Source of the DNA: Betaproteobacteria bacterium
GTDB taxonomy: Bacteria > Pseudomonadota > Gammaproteobacteria > Burkholderiales > Rhodocyclaceae
DNA length: 64,000 nucleotides
Assembly: GCA_009781085.1 (NCBI GenBank)
Contig: WQYV01000001.1
Coordinates: 5,438 to 69,437, forward strand
Reading direction: 5' to 3'
Shown: in pieces, positions 20,054-29,128 of the stretch
How the letters are laid out: the number at the start of each line of letters is the position of its first letter
Numbering within the stretch: the stretch's first letter is position 1
Program-made: the position numbers and the translations under genes
Notes under the pieces: generated by a model
What the model saw: the letters and a program-made list of their open reading frames with translations, nothing else
Database searches by the model: none
What the model was told of the DNA's origin: nothing

Positions 20054-20803
20054 TTGAAAATCCTGGTTCTGGTCAAACGTGTGGTCGACTACAACGTCAA
20101 TATCCGCGTCAAGGCGGATGGCAGCGGAGTAGATACGGCTAACGTAAAAATGAGTATGAATCCATTTGATGAAATTGCTGTGGAAGAGGCCGTGCGCTTG
20201 AAAGAAGCGGGTGTGGCGACAGAAGTGGTCGTCGTGAGCGCCGGTTCGGTAGCCGCGCAGGAAACGCTGCGTACCGCAATGGCAATGGGAGCAGACCGCG
20301 GCATTCTTGTGGAAACCGATGTCGACTTACAGCCATTGGCAGTCGCCAAGCTTCTGAAAGCAATTGCCGATAAGGAAGCACCGAAACTGGTTATTGCGGG
20401 CAAGCAGGCCATCGACGACGATGCCAACCAGACCGGACAGATGCTTGCCGCACTGCTTGGCTGGCCGCAAGCGACGTTCATTTCCAAGCTCGTTCCCGGC
20501 ACTGACGAAATCACTGTTGCGCGAGAAATCGATGGTGGCCTGGAAAAGCTGGCGGTCAAGCTGCCAGCAGTGGTGACGGTCGACCTGCGCCTCAACGAAC
20601 CGCGTTACGCCACCTTGCCCAACATCATGAAGGCGAAGAAAAAGCAACTCGACATCATGAAGCCTACCGACCTGGGCGTGGATGTCACGCCCAGGTTGAC
20701 GACTCTCAAGGTGACTGAGCCGCCCAAGCGCAGCGCAGGGATCATCGTGACCGATGTCGGCCAACTGGTCGATAAACTTAAGAACGTAGCAAAGGTGATC
20801 TGA
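20054..20803 (+). CDS. etfB: Electron transfer flavoprotein beta subunit
   Basis: [26 protein letters not shown] and NEPRY. TTG start follows AGGAG. Confidence 0.97.
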   Translation: MKILVLVKRVVDYNVNIRVKADGSGVDTANVKMSMNPFDEIAVEEAVRLKEAGVATEVVVVSAGSVAAQETLRTAMAMGADRGILVETDVDLQPLAVAKLLKAIADKEAPKLVIAGKQAIDDDANQTGQMLAALLGWPQATFISKLVPGTDEITVAREIDGGLEKLAVKLPAVVTVDLRLNEPRYATLPNIMKAKKKQLDIMKPTDLGVDVTPRLTTLKVTEPPKRSAGIIVTDVGQLVDKLKNVAKVI

Positions 20804-20805
20804 AC

Positions 20806-21738
20806 ATGGCTATTCTCGTCATTGCCGAACACGACAACGCTGCCTTGAAGGCCGCGACACTCAACGCCGTGACTGCCGCCGTAAAACTTGGCGGCGATGT
20901 TCATCTGCTGGTAGCCGGAGCTAACGTCGGCGCGGTAAGTGGGGCTGCCGCCAAAGTGGCCGGCATTGCCAAGGTGCTTGTCGCCGATGCACCACAGTAT
21001 GAGGCGCAAACCCCGGAAAACCTTGCCGCCTTGGTCAAGGGGCTGGCTTCTGGTTATAGCCATATCGTGGCCCCCGCCACTACTACAGGTAAGAACCTTG
21101 CGCCTCGCGTGGCAGCGCTGCTTGATGTTGCCCAAATCAGCGACATCATTGCTATCGAAGCGCCAGATACTTTCGTGCGCCCGATCTATGCGGGTAACGC
21201 GCTGGCTACGGTGAAGAGCGTTGACTCCATCAAGGTTCTCACTGCGCGCACGACTGCGTTCGACGCTGCTGGGGAAGACGGCAGCGCAGCGGTCGAACAG
21301 GTGGCGGCAGGAACTGATTTCGGCCTCGTGCGCTTGATTGGGCGAGAAGTCACCAAAACTGCCCGTCCTGAGCTAGGTGCGGCCAAGGTTGTTGTCGCCG
21401 GGGGTCGTGGCTTGAGCAGCCGCGAAAACTTCAGTGGCATTCTCGAACCGTTGGCCGACAAGCTTTGCGCGGCGCTCGGTGCGAGCCGTGCTGCAGTGGA
21501 TGCCGGTTTTGTGCCGAACGACTATCAGGTGGGGCAAACCGGCAAGATCGTTGCGCCGCAGCTCTACTTCGCCATCGGAATTTCGGGGGCAATCCAACAT
21601 TTGGCTGGTATGAAGGATTCCAAGGTGATCGTGGCGATCAACAAAGATGCCGATGCGCCGATCTTCCAGGTGGCTGATTTTGGGCTGGTGGCTGACTTAT
21701 TTACCGCCGTGCCGGAACTGGTGGCGGCTCTGGGTTGA
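20806..21738 (+). CDS. etfA: Electron transfer flavoprotein alpha subunit
   Basis: [34 protein letters not shown] and INKD. Confidence 0.97.
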   Translation: MAILVIAEHDNAALKAATLNAVTAAVKLGGDVHLLVAGANVGAVSGAAAKVAGIAKVLVADAPQYEAQTPENLAALVKGLASGYSHIVAPATTTGKNLAPRVAALLDVAQISDIIAIEAPDTFVRPIYAGNALATVKSVDSIKVLTARTTAFDAAGEDGSAAVEQVAAGTDFGLVRLIGREVTKTARPELGAAKVVVAGGRGLSSRENFSGILEPLADKLCAALGASRAAVDAGFVPNDYQVGQTGKIVAPQLYFAIGISGAIQHLAGMKDSKVIVAINKDADAPIFQVADFGLVADLFTAVPELVAALG

Positions 21739-21789
21739 GTCCGCTTTGAAACGAATAGCATTCAGATATTCACTGGAGGGAGGTTCCCA

Positions 21790-23601
21790 ATGAGCACTTA
21801 CAATGCACCACTTGCAGATATGCGTTTTGTCCTGAACGAACTGGCTAGTTTGCAGGAAATTCTCGATTTACCCGATTTTGACGAAGTCGATGCAGACACG
21901 GTGGATGCCATCCTGGAAGAAGCCGCTAAATTCGCATCTGAAGTCATCGATCCCTTGAACCTGAAGGGCGACGTGGACAGCCCAGTCTGGAAAAACGGTG
22001 TTGTCACCACGAACCAGGAATACAAGGACGCTTACAAGCTCTTCTGCGAGAACGGTTGGCATGCCATGCCGGTGAATCCCAAGTACGGTGGCCAGGGTTT
22101 GCCCCATCTCGTCAATATCGCGGTCAATGAAATGTGGCGTTCTGCCAGCATCGCTTTCGCGCTGTGCCCGATGTTGACCTTGGGAGCCATCGAAGCGATC
22201 CGCCACCACGCCTCTGAGGAGCTCAAGGAAAAGTACTTGCACAAGATGGCTGATGGCACTTGGGCGGGCACGATGAACCTGACCGAGCCGCAAGCTGGTT
22301 CCGATCTGACCGCCATCCGCGCCAAGGCTATGCCCGACCCCAGTGGCGACGGCACTTACCGGGTTACTGGCACCAAAATATTTATCACTTGGGGCGAACA
22401 CGATATGGCGGAGAACATCATCCACCTCGTGCTTGCGCGCCTACCTAACTCCGACCCGGGCCTGAAGGGCATCTCGCTCTTTATCGTTCCCAAATACCTC
22501 GTTAACGACGATGGCAGCCTAGGTGAACGTAACGACCTGGTCTGCTCATCCATTGAGCACAAGCTCGGCATCCACGGCAGCGTCACTTCGGTTATGTCCT
22601 ATGGCGACAAAGATGGCGCGAAGGGTTGGCTGGTTGGGCAGGAAGGCAAGGGCGTGGCCTATATGTTCACGATGATGAACCACGCGCGCCTCAATGTGGG
22701 CCTGGAAGGCATCGGCGTGTCCGAACGTGCCTACCAGCACGCGCTGGCCTATGCCCGCGAGCGCATTCAGGGTGCGATTATCGGTGACAAGAGCAAGGAA
22801 ACCAAGCCCATCCTGTTCCACCCGGATGTGCGTCGGCTTCTGATGGACATGAAGTCCCGTACTGAAGCCATGCGCGCGATTGCCTATTTCGTGGCTGGCA
22901 ACATGGACAAGGCTTCGCACCACCCTGATGTGGAGGTTCGCAGGCAGTCCCAAGCGTATGTCGAACTGCTCACCCCAGTGGTTAAGGGTTGGAGCACTGA
23001 AAACGGCATTGAGATTGCTTCCGAAGGTATCCAGGTGCATGGCGGGACTGGTTACATCGAAGAAACCGGCGCGGCGGTGTACCTGCGCGATGCCCGCATC
23101 ACCACGATCTACGAAGGCACGACCGCCATCCAGGCCAACGACCTGGTTGGACGCAAGACCGCACGTGAAAAGGATGAAGCGGGGAACGTCGGCTTTACGG
23201 CCCGTGGGCTGTACAAGGAAATTGCCGCTTATGCTGACAAACTGTCGGGTTGTTCCAGGCTGGGTGATGTTGGCAAGCTCCTGAAGGAAGCCGTCCAGGC
23301 GCAGATCGATGCAACAGAATGGCTGATCGGTACCTATGGCAGCGCGCCGGAAGTCGTACATGCCAGCTCCGTTCCCTACCTTAAGCTCACCGGCATTGTA
23401 GTGGGTGGCTGGTTGCTGGCCAAATCCGCGCAAATCGCGCAGGCAAAGCTGGATGCGGGTGCAACCGACGGCTACTACAAGGGCAAACTGGCGACGACCC
23501 GTTTCTTCGCGCAACACTGGTTGGTGCAAGCCAGGGCGATGGCGACGGAAATCGCTCAGGGAGGCGAGTCGGTGTTTGGTCTCGACGAACCCCTGTTCTG
23601 A
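21790..23601 (+). CDS. Acyl-CoA dehydrogenase (long ~600-aa DmdC/FadE5-like class)
   Basis: TMNLTEPQAGSDL, GTKIFITWG, EHKLGIHGS, QVHGGTG and catalytic IYEGT. It follows etfBA. Confidence 0.93.
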   Translation: MSTYNAPLADMRFVLNELASLQEILDLPDFDEVDADTVDAILEEAAKFASEVIDPLNLKGDVDSPVWKNGVVTTNQEYKDAYKLFCENGWHAMPVNPKYGGQGLPHLVNIAVNEMWRSASIAFALCPMLTLGAIEAIRHHASEELKEKYLHKMADGTWAGTMNLTEPQAGSDLTAIRAKAMPDPSGDGTYRVTGTKIFITWGEHDMAENIIHLVLARLPNSDPGLKGISLFIVPKYLVNDDGSLGERNDLVCSSIEHKLGIHGSVTSVMSYGDKDGAKGWLVGQEGKGVAYMFTMMNHARLNVGLEGIGVSERAYQHALAYARERIQGAIIGDKSKETKPILFHPDVRRLLMDMKSRTEAMRAIAYFVAGNMDKASHHPDVEVRRQSQAYVELLTPVVKGWSTENGIEIASEGIQVHGGTGYIEETGAAVYLRDARITTIYEGTTAIQANDLVGRKTAREKDEAGNVGFTARGLYKEIAAYADKLSGCSRLGDVGKLLKEAVQAQIDATEWLIGTYGSAPEVVHASSVPYLKLTGIVVGGWLLAKSAQIAQAKLDAGATDGYYKGKLATTRFFAQHWLVQARAMATEIAQGGESVFGLDEPLF

Positions 23602-23677
23602 TCTGTTTGGTGCTTAGAGCTACCCTCTTCTCCTATAAGTAAGTGGGAGGAAAATCATCTCCTCCCCCAAAAGAACT

Positions 23678-23729
23678 TGAACTAACCCCCAATCGTTGGA
23701 CGGGTGTCCAACTTTTGGGGGTTAGTTCA
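23678..23729. mobile_element. 52-bp IS3-like MITE: two terminal inverted repeats joined by 4 bp
   Basis: TGAACTAACCCCCAATCGTTGGAC (23678-23701) and GTCCAACTTTTGGGGGTTAGTTCA (23706-23729) match at 22 of 24 positions. The 5'-TG...CA-3' termini and CCCC-AAAAGTTGGAC core are typical of IS3/IS150-group ends. Confidence 0.65.
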
Positions 23730-23785
23730 CTTGAGGGGGAGGGGAACGAATGTACAAGTTAAACCGAAAACGCTCTAACGATGTC

Positions 23786-24244
23786 TCAGCCCGCATTCGG
23801 ATCAGTGGTACCTCGGCAGGCCGCTGGCAGGAATTTAGCTGGGATGGATTTAGGGTCGTTATCTACATAGCAAACCCATTTGATGGAACCATCGGTATCA
23901 CTTTTATTAGGAGCCAATTTCAAGATTCCATCACTAACAACTTTCTCGTTATAGGTGATGGTGATGACACCACCATCAACCGTTACGCTCTTAACGGCGT
24001 TGCCCGTAATTTTAGTACCAGTCTCCAGCCCTGCAGCAGAGTTGTCGGTAGGCCACGTCCCTTTGTCGATCCAATATTCCGACACAGCGGTCTTAGCGGC
24101 TTCGGCCAGACCAAGACCTTCCGCAACGTGGGCGCGCTTGGCATAGTCCTGATAGGCGGGTAGCGCGACGGCGGCAAGGATGCCGACGATGGCAACGACG
24201 ATCATCAGTTCGATCAAGGTGAAACCTTGTTGGGTTTTTTTCAT
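23786..24244 (-). CDS. pilA: Type IVa major pilin
   Basis: Prepilin cleavage site QQG|[18 protein letters not shown] and a C-terminal Cys pair (KWVC...AAC). RBS AAGGAG. Confidence 0.95.
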   Translation of the reverse strand: MKKTQQGFTLIELMIVVAIVGILAAVALPAYQDYAKRAHVAEGLGLAEAAKTAVSEYWIDKGTWPTDNSAAGLETGTKITGNAVKSVTVDGGVITITYNEKVVSDGILKLAPNKSDTDGSIKWVCYVDNDPKSIPAKFLPAACRGTTDPNAG

Positions 24245-24291
24245 TTGTAGACTCCTTGTTGTAATGGCGGTTCTTCCGCTCAGTTGAATAG

Positions 24292-24307
24292 AGCAAAAGC
24301 CGTGCCC
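24292..24307 (-). promoter_or_regulatory. Sigma-54 -24/-12 promoter of pilA
   Basis: The minus strand reads GGGCACGGCTTTTGCT (GG-N10-GC), about 50 nt upstream of the pilA ATG. Confidence 0.8.
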
Positions 24308-24352
24308 GGTTTATGTGGGCTTCAGACATGATAAGAGTCTCAAAATAGGCAT

Positions 24353-24421
24353 CTAAAAGTGACAATTCAGGCGGTAAGCTGTCAGTTTTTGACAACTTGC
24401 CGCCTGAATTGTCACTTTTAG
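24353..24421. promoter_or_regulatory. Long inverted repeat containing TGACA/TGTCA sites; putative PilR-type enhancer
   Basis: 31-bp arms (24354-24384 and 24390-24420) match at 29 of 31 positions around a 5-nt loop, upstream of the sigma-54 box. Confidence 0.55.
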
Positions 24422-24472
24422 GTTTCTTCAAAAACCTCAACTTATTCCTGCATTTCTTGCATCTCTGGATGA

Positions 24473-24545
24473 TGGATTGCTTCGTCGCTTGGCTCCTCGC
24501 AATGACGGGGTAGGTTCGTCATTGCGAGCGTAGCGAAGCAATCCA
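24473..24545. repeat. GTCATTGCGAG...GAAGCAATCC-type palindromic element
   Basis: TGGATTGCTTCGTCGCTTGGCTCCTCGCAATGACG pairs with CGTCATTGCGAGCGTAGCGAAGCAATCCA. Confidence 0.7.
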
Positions 24546-24605
24546 GTTTGTACGGACTTGAATCAAAAATGCTCTAGCCCTTGGCTGCTTAGCAAGCGTT
24601 CAACT

Positions 24606-24629
24606 GTCCAACTTTATAGGGTCAGTTTA
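24606..24629. mobile_element. Solo IS3-like terminal repeat
   Basis: GTCCAACTTTATAGGGTCAGTTTA is 19/24 identical to the right IR at 23706-23729 and is likewise followed by CTTG(C/A)GGG(A/G)GAGGGG. Confidence 0.55.
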
Positions 24630-24726
24630 CTTGCGGGAGAGGGGATTCCAAAGGGGGGAGGGGAATATGCAAAAAAAAGCGGCGGAGGTGTGTACCCCTC
24701 CGCCGCTTTTCTACGGATACCACGCC

Positions 24727-25572
24727 TTATTTCTTCACATCGGCATTCTTCACGTCTTTTGCATCGGCGCTCTGTTTCAGCTTGTCGATGTATGCCTGCC
24801 ACCTCATTTGCTGCATCCGTTGTTGCAGTTCCGGTTTGATTTCATCAAAAGGCGGGACTTGAATGTCGCGTGTGTCTTCCAGGAGGATGACGTGGTAGCC
24901 GTACTCTGTCTTAACCGGCGCTGTGGTATATTTTCCTTTGACGAGCTTGGTCATTGCCTCGGAGAAAGGTGGGAGGAACATGGCAGGGCTGGTCCAACCG
25001 AGGTCGCCACCTTTGTCCTTGGAGCCGGGGTCGAGCGATTTGCGTGCCAGATCCGCGAATTTTGCGCCTTTGGCAAGCTTGGAGATCGCGGTTTTAGCCT
25101 CTTGTTCAGTTTTGAGCAGGATGTGGTGCACGTGGTATTCCTTTTGCCCATTTACAGAAGCCTTGATTTTTTCGTATTCCTGCTTCAGCTCATCGTTGGT
25201 TGGCGCATTGGTTTTCGTCCAATCCTGCACGTAATCCCGAATCAGCGCGTTTTGGCGGGCGAGGTCTTGCCGGATGAGCGTATCGGGTCGTTTGTTGATG
25301 CCAGCCTTGACGGCGTCTTTCTCAAGCAGCGCACGGACGACAAGTTCCTTGCGGATGTTGTCCCGCATGTTCGAGTCTTCCGGTGCGCCTTGGGCGTGCT
25401 GCTCGGAGGCGATGACTTCGATCACTTCGTTCGGGATGACGACGCCATTGGCAGCAGCGGCAGGTTTTGCCCCTGTGCTGGTAGAAGGCGCAGGGTCAGC
25501 GGCACAGCCCGTTAGGGCGACTAGGCCGAGGGCGACAAAAGCAACACTGAGGCGGTTTTGGAGATTTTTCAT
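24727..25572 (-). CDS. PpiC/parvulin-type peptidyl-prolyl isomerase, predicted lipoprotein
   Basis: Lipobox LTGC and rotamase motifs HHILLK, FADLA..S.D..S..KGGDLGW, PVKTEYGYHVI. Confidence 0.92.
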   Translation of the reverse strand: MKNLQNRLSVAFVALGLVALTGCAADPAPSTSTGAKPAAAANGVVIPNEVIEVIASEQHAQGAPEDSNMRDNIRKELVVRALLEKDAVKAGINKRPDTLIRQDLARQNALIRDYVQDWTKTNAPTNDELKQEYEKIKASVNGQKEYHVHHILLKTEQEAKTAISKLAKGAKFADLARKSLDPGSKDKGGDLGWTSPAMFLPPFSEAMTKLVKGKYTTAPVKTEYGYHVILLEDTRDIQVPPFDEIKPELQQRMQQMRWQAYIDKLKQSADAKDVKNADVKK

Positions 25573-25747
25573 CAGGATTCCTTTTTTGTGGGACATGATC
25601 CCAATTTTGATATACATGGAACATGCCGGGGAGAAAACAACAAAGAAAGACTATCACGCAACATGTTTGTTCCAGCATTGCATCGAAAAAAATAATTAGT
25701 GCGTGAAAACAGAGCCGTTCGTCATGCCAGTGGGTGTGCATTTTACC

Positions 25748-26362
25748 TTACTGGTTGGTTTTGTCCTCAAGCAGGTGTTTCGACAGGTACAACCCTTGGA
25801 CAATCGAGAACGCGAAAAACAGTACCAGACAGCCGGGGAATTTGAAGTAGACCCAAACCTTTTCCGAAAAATGGAAGGCTACATAGAGGTTGAGCGCACC
25901 AAGCATGACAAAAAATAATGCCCATGCTAAGTTGAGGTGCAGCCAGACTGGGTCGGGGAGGCGTATCTGGCCTTCGAGCATGCGCCGGATGAGGTTGCGG
26001 CGGAAAACCATATCCGAGCAGAACAGGATCAGACCGAACAGCCAGTAAACCACGGTGGTTTTCCACTTAAAGAAGGCCGGGTCGTGAAATATGAGTGTGG
26101 CTCCGCCGAGAGTGGTGATGACGACCAGTGTGATCCACAGCATGCGGTCGACCTTGCGGTGTTTGAGCCAGACAATGACTATTTGCAGCACTGTGGCAAC
26201 AATAGCGATGAAAGTGGCAATCAGGAAGGGCGCTTGGTCGGCGGGAATGTCCTCGGCCAGCCATTTCGTGACCAAGGCATGCGCCTCATCTGGGAAAAAA
26301 CCAGCGATTTGGTAGGCTGCAAAAAAGAAAATGACCGGCAGTAGGTCAAAAAGAATTTTCAT
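25748..26362 (-). CDS. yciB: Inner membrane protein YciB (septation protein A/IspZ)
   Basis: MKILFDLLPVIFFF, GGATL, FFKWK.T, W..LN..W and VYFK. Confidence 0.95.
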   Translation of the reverse strand: MKILFDLLPVIFFFAAYQIAGFFPDEAHALVTKWLAEDIPADQAPFLIATFIAIVATVLQIVIVWLKHRKVDRMLWITLVVITTLGGATLIFHDPAFFKWKTTVVYWLFGLILFCSDMVFRRNLIRRMLEGQIRLPDPVWLHLNLAWALFFVMLGALNLYVAFHFSEKVWVYFKFPGCLVLFFAFSIVQGLYLSKHLLEDKTNQ

Positions 26363-26491
26363 GGACGGGATTATACGAGGTCGACACGGTTTCTGGGAGT
26401 GCTTCACATTTATCAACCCAGTTTGTTTTTCCGGTCTTTTCCCCGCTTCCGGGAAGTGCTGCGAACGGTTCGTCAAAAACGGGTACCCAGT

Positions 26492-27910
26492 TCAATTGGG
26501 ATTTTCCTGTTGCAGCGTCAATGTCCAGGACAAGGCGTCCATGTAACAGGCCGATACCTGTTCTGGATGGATATGGCAGGCTTCGGCGGCAGAAGCGATG
26601 CGGCTCGTGTCCATACTTTCGCATGCTCGTGCCAGCGCCAGCGTCGTGGCGTAAATACCTTGGCTGCGGAGAATGGCGTTACGGATGTTGTCGTCGATGG
26701 ACAGGACATCCAATGCGTGTTCTATCGGTTGTTGCAGGATGACATCAATCAGCGACAGAAGCCCGGTGAGGAAAATCGCTTCGCGCTCATGTGCTGTCCG
26801 CGAGCCGGAAACCAGTTCCATGAAGCGTGCTCGGACGAGCGCCGTTTCGAGCACGGCTGCGGCGCGCGGCTGGTTACGGTTGCTCCCGCAAAACAGCAGC
26901 GTGAGCCAACGCCGCAGCGGTGCGCGCCCCAGCAGGGTGATGGCGTGTTCGATCGAGGATACGTGTTCTTGCAGGCCGTTGGCTGCCGAGTTGATGTAGC
27001 GCAACAGGCGCAAGGTAATGGCTGCATCCTGCTTGAGGATGGAGACGATTTCTCGTGTCTCGGCGTCTTGCTGCAATTTTTTCAGCAGCATAGCCAAATG
27101 GGCGAAACTGGGACCGAGATCGGCTTTTTTCCATTGTTCGCGGCTGACGACGAAGTGTCCCTGAAACAGGGTAGCCCCAATCTCGTGGCAGAAATTGAAA
27201 TCTTCAATACTAGACAGGTTTTGCACCAGAATCGATGCATGCGGCACTTTCTTGAGGAAAAAGTTGACGAGCCTTTCCCCTTTGTCGATATCGATCTGGG
27301 AAGCCTGCATTGAAACCAAGTCGATTTCCGGCAGCAAATGAAAATATTCGGGCGTCGCTATCGGATCGGGGATACCGATGCGGTAACCGAGTTTGCGTAG
27401 AGTACGCGCCCAGGTCAGTAAATCGCCCTGCGCGGGTTTGTTGGATTCATCAACGGATTTGAGGATGAAAAAGGTATTGGCCGCTGGAAGTTGCGTCAGG
27501 CATGGATCGCAAAGAAAAGAATCCGGGATTTCGATGAAGACGGAGCGTTGTCCGAGTAGCGGAAAAATATTGGTATGTATTAGGTTCCGCACCAGGACTT
27601 CAGCATAAAGATGGAAAACACGCCAGTTCTGTATGCGGATGCGAGCATTGGCGGCTTTTTGGAGCAGGAACTGGTATCCGGCGATTTTTTGTTGGCGGTC
27701 GAGGACGGCTTCGCGGCAGATGACAGAGTCCCAGATGTATTCGATGCTAGATGTACCTACGGGTGGCTGTCCCTGCTGCAGGGGGGGTTGGTGAACCGAT
27801 TTGTCGGTATCAATGGGAGCCGGGGTTGCAGTGTCGCCATACGTGTTGTCTTTTGCAGGCACAGACGGCGACGAACGGTGGAACAGACGGTGGAACAGGC
27901 TCGCCAGCAT
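26492..27910 (-). CDS. Degenerate EAL + HDOD domain signalling protein (YuxH-like)
   Basis: N-terminal REAVLD...GYQFL, GATLFQGHF, then HDOD motifs DAAITLRLLRYINSA, SIEHAITLLG and FLTGLLSLID. Confidence 0.88.
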   Translation of the reverse strand: MLASLFHRLFHRSSPSVPAKDNTYGDTATPAPIDTDKSVHQPPLQQGQPPVGTSSIEYIWDSVICREAVLDRQQKIAGYQFLLQKAANARIRIQNWRVFHLYAEVLVRNLIHTNIFPLLGQRSVFIEIPDSFLCDPCLTQLPAANTFFILKSVDESNKPAQGDLLTWARTLRKLGYRIGIPDPIATPEYFHLLPEIDLVSMQASQIDIDKGERLVNFFLKKVPHASILVQNLSSIEDFNFCHEIGATLFQGHFVVSREQWKKADLGPSFAHLAMLLKKLQQDAETREIVSILKQDAAITLRLLRYINSAANGLQEHVSSIEHAITLLGRAPLRRWLTLLFCGSNRNQPRAAAVLETALVRARFMELVSGSRTAHEREAIFLTGLLSLIDVILQQPIEHALDVLSIDDNIRNAILRSQGIYATTLALARACESMDTSRIASAAEACHIHPEQVSACYMDALSWTLTLQQENPN

Positions 27911-28011
27911 GTTGGATACTCCCAAGGTTCATCCACGATTATGGTGCATATCTACGTGGTAGAAGTGCCCGAATACTGGGATACCGGAGAAATGTTCCTT
28001 CTCTCCGTGAC

Positions 28012-28452
28012 TCAATCGTCGACCGGCGGTATTCCAGCACGGCGGCGAATGCTGTTGAGGTAAGCTGTTCCATCGGGCGAGGTTTTGTCGCGCAGCGCCT
28101 TGAACATCGTTTCGCCTAGGCAATCGAGTATCTCGTGCATGGCGTTATGGCGGCCACGGAACTTGCGCAATGCCTCGAAAGCGGCTTGGATACCGGGAGG
28201 TTGATCGATCGATATCTGTTCCTCGATGGCCAGATGCAGCGACAAGTGCAAAAAGGGATTGGATTGCCCGTTTTCAGGGGAAAACTCCTGTGACAGCGCA
28301 TCTGGGGCGGAGAGCAGGGCGTGGTATTCGGGGTGTTCCAGCGCAATACCCGCAGCAATGGTTTCAAGCGCGCTAAGGACTTCCTGAGCCTGGTACTTGC
28401 GCCAGGCTTCGATGAAAAACTCTCGGACTTGTTCGCGGGTAGGGTTAAACAT
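28012..28452 (-). CDS. DUF1841-family protein
   Basis: MFNPTREQVREFF, HPEYH, NPFLHLSLHLAIEEQISIDQPPGI and H..M.CLGE. Confidence 0.9.
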   Translation of the reverse strand: MFNPTREQVREFFIEAWRKYQAQEVLSALETIAAGIALEHPEYHALLSAPDALSQEFSPENGQSNPFLHLSLHLAIEEQISIDQPPGIQAAFEALRKFRGRHNAMHEILDCLGETMFKALRDKTSPDGTAYLNSIRRRAGIPPVDD

Positions 28453-28487
28453 GACATGGGTTGGCGGTCAAGGAAGCGTTGTTGGGT

Positions 28488-29120
28488 TCAGGTTGCCCTG
28501 TCCGACCAATTGCATAAATCGTACACGCAGCAGGCTGAGCAAAGTGGTTTTTTTGCAGTGCAAACATAACGACCGTGCAATATTAACCAGTGATGCGCAT
28601 CAAGCAGGTAGTCGGCAGGCACAGTTTTCATAAGCGAGGTTTCGACTTCATCCACATCCTTGCCGGGCGCAAGCCCCGTGCGGTTGGCGACTCGAAAGAC
28701 ATGCCTGTCGACGGCTATGATCGGCTGGCGAAAGATAGTATTGAGCACGACGTTGGCGGTTTTGCGCCCCACACCGGGCAGGGATTCAAGCGCGGTGCGA
28801 TCAGGCGGGACTTCGCCTGCGTACCGCTCGACTAGCAGGTGGGAAAGTTTGATGACGTTTTTTGCCTTGGCGCGGAAAAAGCCGATGGTTTTGATGCGTT
28901 CGGCCAGTTGCCTTTCTCCCAGCGCGATCATCGCCTGTGGCGTCGGGGTTAAGGGGAACAGGCGGCGGGTTGCCAGGTTGACGCCTTTGTCGGTAGTTTG
29001 TGCCGAAAGTACGACCGCGACGAGAAGCTGGTAGGGGTTGCCGAATTCGAGTTCAGTACGCGGTTCCGGGGTACGTTCTGCCAGACGACGGAAAAATTCG
29101 CTGACCGTTTCCAGTTTCAT
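28488..29120 (-). CDS. nth: Endonuclease III
   Basis: LSAQTTD, HhH motif LPGVGRKTANVV, AVDRHV.RV, and the Fe-S motif C-x6-C-x2-C-x5-C (CTAKKPLCSACCVYDLC). Confidence 0.96.
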   Translation of the reverse strand: MKLETVSEFFRRLAERTPEPRTELEFGNPYQLLVAVVLSAQTTDKGVNLATRRLFPLTPTPQAMIALGERQLAERIKTIGFFRAKAKNVIKLSHLLVERYAGEVPPDRTALESLPGVGRKTANVVLNTIFRQPIIAVDRHVFRVANRTGLAPGKDVDEVETSLMKTVPADYLLDAHHWLILHGRYVCTAKKPLCSACCVYDLCNWSDRAT

Positions 29121-29128
29121 GACCGTTT

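Noticed and set aside
28555-28567. TGCAGTGCAAAC, another PhaR-like core
   Set aside because: It lies inside the nth coding sequence, in the Cys-motif region, so coding constraints explain it.
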